DNA of 63,132 bases from Candidatus Rokuibacteriota bacterium (GTDB lineage Bacteria > Methylomirabilota > Methylomirabilia > Rokubacteriales > CSP1-6): NCBI GenBank assembly GCA_036802765.1, contig DAIRVP010000004.1:1-63132 (forward strand), given 5' to 3'. Below, piece by piece: positions 35,912-43,967 of this stretch. The notes beneath the pieces are model-generated. The model made no database searches, was not told the origin of the DNA, and was given only the letters and a program-made list of their open reading frames with translations. Within the stretch, counting starts at the first letter, position 1. Every line of letters begins with the position of its first letter. The position numbers were made by a program, and so were the translations under genes.

Positions 35912-37036
35912 CTACCGTGCGTTGTCGAGCTCGGCGAGCCGCTTCGCCGCGCACTCCCACAACAGGGGAATCGACGCCGCGATCGCGCGCCCGCGCGTCT
36001 GCGCAGTGTTCTGACCCTGTTGCTCTGCGATGTACGCGGCGTTTCGCACCGGGTCGCAGAGCTCCAGCGTGGTGCTGCGCGAGACCGGCTCCCAGGCCCG
36101 AGGCGTATCGATCGCTCGCAGCTGCCATGCCGTGACGGCGAGCACGTGCAAATCCAGGATCGTCCGCAGACTGTGCTTGGCGTCCAGCGGTGCTTCGCCG
36201 TCCACGTAGCGTCCCACGACCGCTTGGGCTGCGTTCACCCGCGTCGCGTAGGACGGCAGCGAGGTTGTTGGGACGCTCGCCGCCTGCAGCCGGCGCAGGG
36301 CAATGACCGCGTTGCCGTAGGTCGGCGCCTCGCTCGAGATCGACTCGTCGGCCGGCGTCTTGCTCGATCGCGCGAAGACGGGCGCGTCAGGCTCGAACGT
36401 CTCGGCGACATAAAACGCCGCGCCGCCGGCAATCATGGCGACGAGCAGCGCCACGGCGATCCAGCGCGCGCGAGATCGGCGCTGCGCATCGGGAACCTTG
36501 GGACTGAGCGCATCACGCAACTGTTCCTGCTCTATCAGCGCGGCCCTGACGGTGGCCTCGACGTTGGATGCTGCCAACGGCGCGACCGAGCGCTTCGACG
36601 ACGCGCCCGCCGCAGACGCCGCGCGCGGCGGTGCGGCGACCGGTTCGGCTGCCTGCTCTTCGGCTGCGAGCGCTTCGCGGAGGACGTCCTCCAGCGCCTG
36701 GCTCGGCTCGATGCGCCGTGTTTTGCGTTCCGTCGCCGGCGCGACCGCCGCGGCCGCCTGCTCCTCGGCGAGGAGCGCCTCCTGCATGACGCGCTCGAGC
36801 TCGGGGCTCGAGCTTGGCCGCGGGCGAGCGGCGCCACGAGGTGAGGACGGCGCCATGCTTGCGCTGGGCAGGTGAGCCGCTTCCTCCGGCGTGACGTCGC
36901 GATGAAACATGGCGCTGCACACGCACGTGAGCGTCAGGAGATATCCGCCGTCGGGCTTGGAACGAACGGCCGGCGCGATGCCGCCGCAGGGGTGGTGGGC
37001 TTGCGCGAACTCCATGACGTCTGAGAACGGGACCAT
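35912..37036 (-). CDS. Hypothetical bitopic membrane protein with His/Cys N-terminal motif
   Basis: HHPC...TCVC N-terminus, three internal E/A-rich repeats, one TM helix (WIAVALLVAMIAGGAAFY), and a C-terminal domain with two Cys. Confidence 0.7.
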   Translation of the reverse strand: MVPFSDVMEFAQAHHPCGGIAPAVRSKPDGGYLLTLTCVCSAMFHRDVTPEEAAHLPSASMAPSSPRGAARPRPSSSPELERVMQEALLAEEQAAAAVAPATERKTRRIEPSQALEDVLREALAAEEQAAEPVAAPPRAASAAGASSKRSVAPLAASNVEATVRAALIEQEQLRDALSPKVPDAQRRSRARWIAVALLVAMIAGGAAFYVAETFEPDAPVFARSSKTPADESISSEAPTYGNAVIALRRLQAASVPTTSLPSYATRVNAAQAVVGRYVDGEAPLDAKHSLRTILDLHVLAVTAWQLRAIDTPRAWEPVSRSTTLELCDPVRNAAYIAEQQGQNTAQTRGRAIAASIPLLWECAAKRLAELDNAR

Positions 37037-37069
37037 CGCGATACCTACGCGATCGCGGTGGGCAGCGCG

Positions 37070-37789
37070 CTAGCTGGGCTTCGGAAAGTCGTCGCGCGCC
37101 TTGACGCTGTTCTCAGGGCCGAGGTCGATCACGGCATCCTCGCCGGGCCGGACTTCCACCTTCAGGCGCCATCGGGGTGCGCCGACGTTGTTGTCGGTCA
37201 TCTTGTAGATACCGGCCGGAATCTTCTCGAATTTGTAATTGCCGTCCCGGTCCGTACGAACGTGAAAGCTCATCCCCTTGGGGCTACCGTCCGGCGACTG
37301 GGCGTAGAGATGAACCTGGAAGCGCTTGAGCGGCTCGACGCCCTGGCCCTCATCCCAGACGATGCGACCGTGCACGCCGCTCTCGCCGACCCGTTCGTCT
37401 CGGGCATCGCTTTCATTCGTCGTCGCGCCCACGCGCGCCACGTTTCGGCGTGCACCGGCCAGCCATTCGCGCGCCACGCGTCCCTCTTCGGAGGCCGCCG
37501 TGGTGTGAGCGACGACCCAGTCGAACTCGGTCATCGCCTCGTCACGTGAATCGAGCCAGGAGGCGGAGATCGCTAGTCGATAGTGCAAGAGCAGATCGCC
37601 AGAGCTCTGCTGAAGCGCGGCCCGATAGTGAGACGCTGCGACGTTCCACTCCTGGCGCTCGAACGCCTTGTGACCCTCGGCGGCATGATCCACCTCGGCC
37701 GTCGCGGGCACGGACGGCACTGACGGCTGCTGGCAGGCAGCAGCCGTCAGGCTGACGAGTGCGAGTAGTGCGAGACCGGCGAGTCTCAG
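37070..37789 (-). CDS. Putative lipoprotein: TPR-like plus carboxypeptidase-regulatory-like domain (paralog of 35141-35905)
   Basis: The frame is open upstream of GTG 37720 and encodes (M)RLAGLALLALVSLTAAAC from CTG 37789. DGNYKFEKIPAGIYK motif. Confidence 0.7.
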   Translation of the reverse strand: MRLAGLALLALVSLTAAACQQPSVPSVPATAEVDHAAEGHKAFERQEWNVAASHYRAALQQSSGDLLLHYRLAISASWLDSRDEAMTEFDWVVAHTTAASEEGRVAREWLAGARRNVARVGATTNESDARDERVGESGVHGRIVWDEGQGVEPLKRFQVHLYAQSPDGSPKGMSFHVRTDRDGNYKFEKIPAGIYKMTDNNVGAPRWRLKVEVRPGEDAVIDLGPENSVKARDDFPKPS

Positions 37790-38979
37790 GAGCCTGCGAC
37801 CTCTCTGAACGATCCTGGCTTCACGAACCAGTTGATCGGAACGGCACCACCGCCGTTCTGCACGGCCGGGCAGTTGTATGTGACCGGCGCGTTACCAGTG
37901 TCATCCGTGTCGATGTTCGTCGATTGCGTGTCGATGCGGTTGGTCGAAACCACAGCCCCCGTCACGTTACCGTTGCCGTTGCCGTGCAGGGTCACGTCGT
38001 TCTGTGCGTAGACCAGGCCGCTCAGCTGCGCATTGCCGCTGATCCAGACCGATCCCGCGACCACGAGCCACCCGCTCCAGCCCCCGGCCCAGTTGCCGTG
38101 AATGTCCACAACCACGGACTGATCGGCGGTGGGCGAGGTATTTGTCAGCGCGTTCCCCGACGGCGTGTCGACGAAGATGATGCCGTTCGGCGGCGGGTTC
38201 GTCCACGTCTGGCTGCCCTGGTAGTACGTCCCGTTCGCCTTTGCCAGCGCCTTGATCGTCGAGATGTCGTTGTCGTTGAACAGGAAGCTGGTGAAGTTCG
38301 ATGCCGGCTGGTTCGTCGCGAGGGCCGATCCGCCCGTCGGGCCCGCGATGTTCGGAGTACCGTTCGTGTTGATCGACCCCGCGGAATAGGCCGCCGCGGT
38401 AGGAGTGCTGCCCGCGCAGTACTGCGCGCCCTGAGCCAAGGAAGCGACGATCGACGCCGAACCGCCGACCTGGATGTTCGTCGTCGCGCCTGCAGGCGCC
38501 TCACCACCCGCGCAGACCGCGCATGGCGGCGTCGGGATCTTGATGTGAGTCACGGTCGTCTGGATCTTCTTGATCGCGATCGGGTTGGTGTGGTTGGGCA
38601 CGTAGCCGACCGCGGTGATGTTCCGCTCATTCGTCGCCGCCCCGTTCGCGACCGTTACCTTGAACTCACCCACGCCGACGGAGATGAACTGTGAGCCGTC
38701 GTACGGCGCCGGGACGGGAGCCGGCAGCGGGTCCGCCAGCGCGCCGACCGGACTCGGCAGCGTCTCACCCTTCGACAGCGCCCACAGCGCGCGCTCGACA
38801 CCCGATTCTGCGATCGCGCGCGCCTGCGCGTTCGCCATCTGGTTGCTCGCGATGACGGGCTCTGCCGAAGTGAACGCCAGGAAGGCTACCGTCAGCGACG
38901 TGATCAGAGCCATCAGAATTAGCGTGATCGGCAGCGCGATACCCGCCTCGGATCCGTGCCGGCGTACGAGGGAGTTCAT
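37786..38979 (-). CDS. PilX-like minor pilin with a large C-terminal domain
   Basis: EAG|IALPITLILMAL class III signal lacking Glu5, and ARAIAESGVERAL PilX N-terminal motif. Confidence 0.8.
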   Translation of the reverse strand: MNSLVRRHGSEAGIALPITLILMALITSLTVAFLAFTSAEPVIASNQMANAQARAIAESGVERALWALSKGETLPSPVGALADPLPAPVPAPYDGSQFISVGVGEFKVTVANGAATNERNITAVGYVPNHTNPIAIKKIQTTVTHIKIPTPPCAVCAGGEAPAGATTNIQVGGSASIVASLAQGAQYCAGSTPTAAAYSAGSINTNGTPNIAGPTGGSALATNQPASNFTSFLFNDNDISTIKALAKANGTYYQGSQTWTNPPPNGIIFVDTPSGNALTNTSPTADQSVVVDIHGNWAGGWSGWLVVAGSVWISGNAQLSGLVYAQNDVTLHGNGNGNVTGAVVSTNRIDTQSTNIDTDDTGNAPVTYNCPAVQNGGGAVPINWFVKPGSFREVAGS

Positions 38980-39542
38980 AGGTTCCTCATGCGAACCCGG
39001 TCTTCGAAGGTTGCCAGCTGGTTCGCCAGATTGTACGAAGCCAGGCCTGTGTTTTCCGACTGGGTGATGAGCCTGATGTCAGCCACCCTGATGTTCGCCA
39101 CCGTCGTCGTGACGGCGTTGGTGTTGTCGTAATACGTAAGCGACAGCGTGTTGATTCCGCCGATCAAGGTCTCCGGCTGTGCGGCCGCCGGGACGGGGTT
39201 GGTCTGGTTACGCTGAAGGCTGGTGCCCGCAAGCGAGTAGCTGACGGTCACGGCCGTGTTCGTGTCGTCGGTGTAGGTAAACGTGATGCTCGTCGCCGTC
39301 GCCGCAGTCACCGCAGACGTGGTTCGCAGCTCGCGGATCAGGCGGTCGAGTGCCACGCGCGCGTTCTGCTGCACCTCGACCTTGCCCGTGCTGTACTGAA
39401 ACGCACTCTCACCGGACTGGAGCGCGACGAACGTACCGGCCAGGACGATGCCTACCATCGCGCATGCGACGAGCAGCTCGGCAAGACTGAATCCAGCCTG
39501 TCCCTTGAAGGTCTTCAGCGTGATGGTGTTCATTCCGTTCAC
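38976..39542 (-). CDS. PilW-like prepilin
   Basis: QAG|FSLAELLV cleavage motif with Glu5, and QQNARVALDRL..ELR. Confidence 0.85.
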   Translation of the reverse strand: MNGMNTITLKTFKGQAGFSLAELLVACAMVGIVLAGTFVALQSGESAFQYSTGKVEVQQNARVALDRLIRELRTTSAVTAATATSITFTYTDDTNTAVTVSYSLAGTSLQRNQTNPVPAAAQPETLIGGINTLSLTYYDNTNAVTTTVANIRVADIRLITQSENTGLASYNLANQLATFEDRVRMRNL

Positions 39543-40084
39543 CGTTGTGAGACGACCATGCTGACCGAGACGGTCTTGGTGCTGGCGGCCGTCGAGCTCG
39601 TCGTCATCGGCTGGAAGGTCACGGACACCGTCACGAGCCGCATGCCCGCGTCGGTGATCCCCGTGCAGCCGGCGACGCCGCAGTCCGTGATGCGGACGTT
39701 ACGCGAGTAGCCGTTGAAGTTCGTGATGGCGGTCGAGTTCTGATCCGCGGCCCACGGCAACGCGGCGCCGGCGGCGATGACCGTCGCGCCCAGCGTGCAC
39801 GTCTGGCCGGCTGGAACGCTCGGCGCGGCGTTCGCGTTGGCGGAGAGCCCGAGACAGTCATTGCTCGGCGCCGTGCCCCAGGGGACGTTCTTCGCCTCTT
39901 CTAACTTCTGGTTCGCGAGGAACGTCGCGGTCGAGAGCTGGTTGCCGCTCTGGACCGACGCGCTCGAGTACGGAATCACCGACAAGAGCGTCACGAACGC
40001 GATGATGATGATCATCGCTGCGAGGAGCACCTCTGGAAGCGTGAAGCCAGCCTCGTTCCGGAGCGCCCGTACCTTCGTGGACAC
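39539..40084 (-). CDS. PilV-like prepilin
   Basis: EAG|FTLPEVLL motif and ATFLANQKLEE. Start GTG 40084 has an AAAGG SD; alternatives are 40102 and 40120. Confidence 0.83.
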   Translation of the reverse strand: MSTKVRALRNEAGFTLPEVLLAAMIIIIAFVTLLSVIPYSSASVQSGNQLSTATFLANQKLEEAKNVPWGTAPSNDCLGLSANANAAPSVPAGQTCTLGATVIAAGAALPWAADQNSTAITNFNGYSRNVRITDCGVAGCTGITDAGMRLVTVSVTFQPMTTSSTAASTKTVSVSMVVSQR

Positions 40085-40115
40085 GTGTGCCTTTGCAAAC
40101 ATGTGCGAGATGTTA

Positions 40116-40131
40116 TGCAACGGCGGTGCCC
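40116..40131 (-). promoter_or_regulatory. Sigma54-like motif GGGCACCGCCGTTGCA upstream of the pilin operon
   Basis: GG-N10-GC with GGCAC and TTGCA; predicted TSS about 40105. Confidence 0.55.
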
Positions 40132-40539
40132 CACCCCAAACTTTGGCGTCACCATTGGAACGACGAGGCTTTACAGCGATCGTCCTCCGGCGCGCTGGTC
40201 ACTTCCCGACCAGCGGCAGTGACAAGAAACGCGGCCGCGGGCCGACTTGTCCACGGATAGCCCCGGCCGCATGAACAGCCTTCGCTGCTAGAGGGCGGTC
40301 GAAGATCAGCACGAGTCCACCGCCCACCGCGCCAGTGTCCGCCGGCCGCCCATGCAATTCCTGCGGCTCGAGTCCCCGATCCACCCTCGAAGCCTGACCC
40401 CGAGATATGTCATCGTACTAGTGCCGCCCTGGTTCGCTCGGGCGCTCGATCGAGAAGAACTTAGCCGACGTTTTCGGCGTTAAGCGAACAGAGGGGAAGG
40501 CGCGCAAGTCATAGTTTCGAGGAGTTAGATCCCTCAACC

Positions 40540-41631
40540 ATGATTGGCAGGACCTTTGCTCTGATGACTGACACTATGCAACTCGTACAGAGGGCCTTCG
40601 GGCGATGGCGGTCGAAGCACCGACCCCGCTACGCGCTGGCCCTGGCGGGTGGCGGCGTCATCGGCGGTATGTACGAGGTGGGAGCCCTCTCCGCCCTCGA
40701 AGAACGTCTGAACGGTTCGGGTCGCGGCTTCGACATCTATGTTGGGTGTAGCGCGGGGTCGGTCGTCGCGTCGCTCCTCGCAGGAGGCGTGCGGGCCCGC
40801 GAGATTTACGAGATCCTGGACGAAGATCGGGACGATCCCATCAACTTCCGTCGCAACGCCGTGTTCGCCACAGACGCCTTCCGTCGGGCGTGCGGCCGTG
40901 TCGGCCGGTTGATCTGGGCGTTCGGCAAGAGCGCGATCCGCGGCCGAGGCTCCATCCCGGACATGCTCGCGCGCGCGGAACGGGACATGCCTCCCGGCTT
41001 CTTCTCGCTCGATGCGCTGGAGCAGTATCTGAGAGCGGCGTTCGCCTCGCGCGGCATCTCGAACGCGTTCGCCGAGCGCCCCCACATGTTGTTGATCCCG
41101 GCCATCGATCTGAACACCGCCGAGCGCGTGGTGTTCGGTGCCGGTGAGCTCCGCAATGTGCCCATCAGCCACGCGGTGGCCGCATCGTCCGCGATCCCGG
41201 GGTTCTTCGACCCCTATCCGATCAACGGCCGGGACTACGTCGACGGCGGCGTCGGTTTCAGCGGTCACGCCGATCTGGCGGCCGAGGCGGGCGCGGACGT
41301 CGTGTTCGTCGTGAACCCGTTGGTGCCGAACATTCACGACGGCGACGGCTCGATGCGGACGCGAGGCGTGTACACGATCATGGAACAGGCGGGCCGGATC
41401 TACAGCCAGAACCTCCTCACGCTGGGCCTCGCGACGCTGGCGGTGAAATTCCCGAGGACGGCGTTCTACCTGCTGCAGCCGCCACGTACCAACAGCCTGC
41501 TCTTCGGCCCGTCGATGGGCTTCGAGGCGAGCCGGGCGGCGCTGCGCTACGGCTACACGTCGACGAAGGAATGGCTCGACGCGCAGGGCGCGCCACTGGT
41601 GCGGCGTCTGTTGCTGGCGGCCGTCAGCTAA
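40540..41631 (+). CDS. Patatin-like phospholipase
   Basis: GGGVIG, GCSAG nucleophile elbow and DGG motifs. Confidence 0.9.
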   Translation: MIGRTFALMTDTMQLVQRAFGRWRSKHRPRYALALAGGGVIGGMYEVGALSALEERLNGSGRGFDIYVGCSAGSVVASLLAGGVRAREIYEILDEDRDDPINFRRNAVFATDAFRRACGRVGRLIWAFGKSAIRGRGSIPDMLARAERDMPPGFFSLDALEQYLRAAFASRGISNAFAERPHMLLIPAIDLNTAERVVFGAGELRNVPISHAVAASSAIPGFFDPYPINGRDYVDGGVGFSGHADLAAEAGADVVFVVNPLVPNIHDGDGSMRTRGVYTIMEQAGRIYSQNLLTLGLATLAVKFPRTAFYLLQPPRTNSLLFGPSMGFEASRAALRYGYTSTKEWLDAQGAPLVRRLLLAAVS

Positions 41632-43010
41632 GAACACCGGCGCGCGAGCGCGCCCAATCCGTCGTACGCCGCGTACTTGTAGGTCTCGCCCAGCGACGGG
41701 TAATTGAATACCGTGTCGATGAACACATCGATCGTCCCGCGAGTCTGCAGCACCATCAAGCCGACGTGCACCAGCTCGGCCGCGCCCTCGCCGATGACGT
41801 GCACGCCGAGCAGCGTCTTTTCCGGATATCGGAAGACCAGCTTCAGCTCGCCGCCGAGATCGCCGGTGATCTGACCGCGTGCGTTCGTGCGGTAGAGTGC
41901 GCGGCCGACGCAATAGTCGATTCGCTTGTGCCGGCAGGATTCCTCGGTCTCGCCGACCATGGCGACCTCGGGGATCGTGTAGACGGCCAGCGGGAAGATC
42001 GGCGCGACGGCAGTCTTGTACTTGAGATCGAAGGCGTGCACCATCGCCACGCGCGCCTGCTCCATCGACGTCGAAGCCAGCGCGGGGAAACCGATGACGT
42101 CCCCGGCGGCGTAGATGTGGGGCACCGCGGTCTGGTAGCGCTCGTTGACGGTGAGGAGCCCGCGTTCGTCGAGAGCGACGCCGGCGCGCTCGAGCCCGAG
42201 CCCCGCCACATTAGCCACGCGACCGGCCGCCACCAACACCGCGTCGGTTTTCAGCGGCTCGCCGGTCTTGAGATCGAGCCGAATGCCGTCCGCGTCGGTC
42301 GCGTAGTGGATCACGCGCTCGCTCAAGCGGACGTCGATCCCGAGCCGTTGCATCTCCTCGCGCAGGCGATTGGCGACCTCGCCGTCGAGGAAGGCGAGGA
42401 GTCGCTCGCGCCCATCGACGAGCGTCACGCGGATGCCGAGCGCGCCGAAGATCGTCGCATATTCGCACCCGATCACCCCCGCGCCGACCACCACCAGGCT
42501 CCGCGGCAGCCGTGTCATCGTCAGGATCTCGTCGCTGTCGTGCACGCGCCGATCGTTGAACGGCACCCCGGCGGGACGCGTCGGCACCGAGCCGGTGGCG
42601 ATGAGAACGACGTCACCGTGCAGTCGTCGCTCGCCGACCCGGACGGTGTGCGGATCCTCGAAGACGGCGCTGCCACGCACGAGCTCGATCTCGTGCCGCG
42701 CGATATTGGCGTTGACGACCTCGCGCAGCGAGCGCACGACTTCCTGCTCTCGGTACATGAAGTCGTGAACGGTGAGATCCGGCTTTACCGAATAATCGAC
42801 TCCGTAGAGTCCGCGCTGACGCAGTCCGGAAAAGTACAGCGCCGTCTCGCGCAGCGTCTTGGATGGAACGGTGCCGGTGTTGATGCCGGCGCCACCGAGA
42901 TGCGGCTCGCGCTCGATGAGAGCTACTCGCTTGCCGAAGTAGGCCGCCTGCGCGGCGCCCTTTTCTCCGGCTGGGCCCGAGCCGATCACCACCAGGTCGT
43001 AGCGATCCAC
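41628..43010 (-). CDS. sthA: Soluble pyridine nucleotide transhydrogenase
   Basis: GSGPAGEKGA, TGTVPSKTLRE, GAGVIGCEY, YTIPE, VFNYPSLGETYKYAA; no redox-active CxxxxC. Confidence 0.9.
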   Translation of the reverse strand: MDRYDLVVIGSGPAGEKGAAQAAYFGKRVALIEREPHLGGAGINTGTVPSKTLRETALYFSGLRQRGLYGVDYSVKPDLTVHDFMYREQEVVRSLREVVNANIARHEIELVRGSAVFEDPHTVRVGERRLHGDVVLIATGSVPTRPAGVPFNDRRVHDSDEILTMTRLPRSLVVVGAGVIGCEYATIFGALGIRVTLVDGRERLLAFLDGEVANRLREEMQRLGIDVRLSERVIHYATDADGIRLDLKTGEPLKTDAVLVAAGRVANVAGLGLERAGVALDERGLLTVNERYQTAVPHIYAAGDVIGFPALASTSMEQARVAMVHAFDLKYKTAVAPIFPLAVYTIPEVAMVGETEESCRHKRIDYCVGRALYRTNARGQITGDLGGELKLVFRYPEKTLLGVHVIGEGAAELVHVGLMVLQTRGTIDVFIDTVFNYPSLGETYKYAAYDGLGALARRCS

Positions 43011-43072
43011 GCTCGGCTACCGTACGTCGGAAGGTGAGTCAGGCGCAAGCATAGCGATGCTATCGTGGAAGC

Positions 43073-43420
43073 CTGAGCAAACGTTATCGGCTCGCATCCG
43101 ATCAGATCCGTCCGCTCGCGCGGGGCCGCGGCTCCTGTCTGGCCAGCGATCACATCACCGTTGACGGGCTCCCCATCGGCTTCATGTATCGCGACGAGCC
43201 GGACACCGAGTTCGACAGCGGCTGGCGTTTCCTCAGCGGGCTCGAGACCGACGCGTACGTGAACGATCTCGCGAACGTCGGGCTGCACGACGTCAACACG
43301 ATCGCCAACTACGATCCCGACGTGATCCCGCTGCTCGATGCGCCGCCCGGCTCGGCGTTCGAGCGCGACGATGACGGCCAGTTCGTCCAGATCGACTTCG
43401 AGTCGCCCGAAGAGTGCTGA
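43073..43420 (+). CDS. DUF2185 (Imm33-like) protein
   Basis: ASDHITVDG..GFMYR...DSGWRF...DVNTIANYDPDVIPLLD. The N-terminal half lies upstream of the first ATG (43184); CTG 43073 fits. Confidence 0.75.
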   Translation: MSKRYRLASDQIRPLARGRGSCLASDHITVDGLPIGFMYRDEPDTEFDSGWRFLSGLETDAYVNDLANVGLHDVNTIANYDPDVIPLLDAPPGSAFERDDDGQFVQIDFESPEEC

Positions 43421-43465
43421 GCCCGCGGACCGAACGCCGCGCGCGCCCGCGCGCCGCCGCGGCGG

Positions 43466-43846
43466 TTATGCGGGAACGGCGTTCCAGATATCCCGGTGCA
43501 GCCGCCATTCGCTGCCGAAGCGCTGCCAGACGACTACGTACTTGACGCTCACCGTCGCGCGCTGACCGCCCGGCGGATCGAGCGTCAGCGTCGCCTGTCC
43601 CACCTCGCACGCGCTGTCGTCCCTAACGTCGAGATCGATGGTCTTGAGCGTTACGTCGCGCAGTCCCATGTCCTTCATGACTGACGCCCACAGTTGTCGG
43701 ATCCCGTCCTGGCCACGGACGATCGGACCATCCGGTGGGAGTGCCATCGCGTTGCCCGTATACAACGATGCCAGCCGATCGGGATCCTGTGCGCGCACGG
43801 CGTCTTCGAACATGCGATTGACCTTGCCGATTTCGATGAGAGCCAT
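43466..43846 (-). CDS. DUF4440/YybH NTF2-like protein
   Basis: LASLYT.NA..LPPDGPIVRG...KYVVVW...WRLHRDIWN; SD GGAGGG. Confidence 0.85.
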   Translation of the reverse strand: MALIEIGKVNRMFEDAVRAQDPDRLASLYTGNAMALPPDGPIVRGQDGIRQLWASVMKDMGLRDVTLKTIDLDVRDDSACEVGQATLTLDPPGGQRATVSVKYVVVWQRFGSEWRLHRDIWNAVPA

Positions 43847-43916
43847 GCCCCTTCCCTCCGTGCCCTGGTCGATGGCATTTCGGACGGTTGCTGAGCGGCC
43901 CGCGCGTGAGAGGTCG

Positions 43917-43945
43917 ACCCTATGCCCGGCCGATATGCATGTCAA
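43917..43945 (-). promoter_or_regulatory. Sigma70-like promoter TTGACA-17-TAGGGT
   Basis: Minus-strand -35 box at 43945-43940 and -10 box at 43922-43917, upstream of the DUF4440 gene. Confidence 0.6.
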
Positions 43946-43967
43946 CGGGGTTACGGGAACGGAGCGA

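Noticed and set aside
40135-40180. Possible c-di-GMP-I riboswitch upstream of the pilins (GTAAAGCC...GACGCCAAAG on the minus strand)
   Set aside because: Only a loose match. The P2 stem with GNRA loop and the CUAA receptor cannot be built, and it lies upstream of the predicted sigma54 TSS. An Infernal RF01051 search would settle it.
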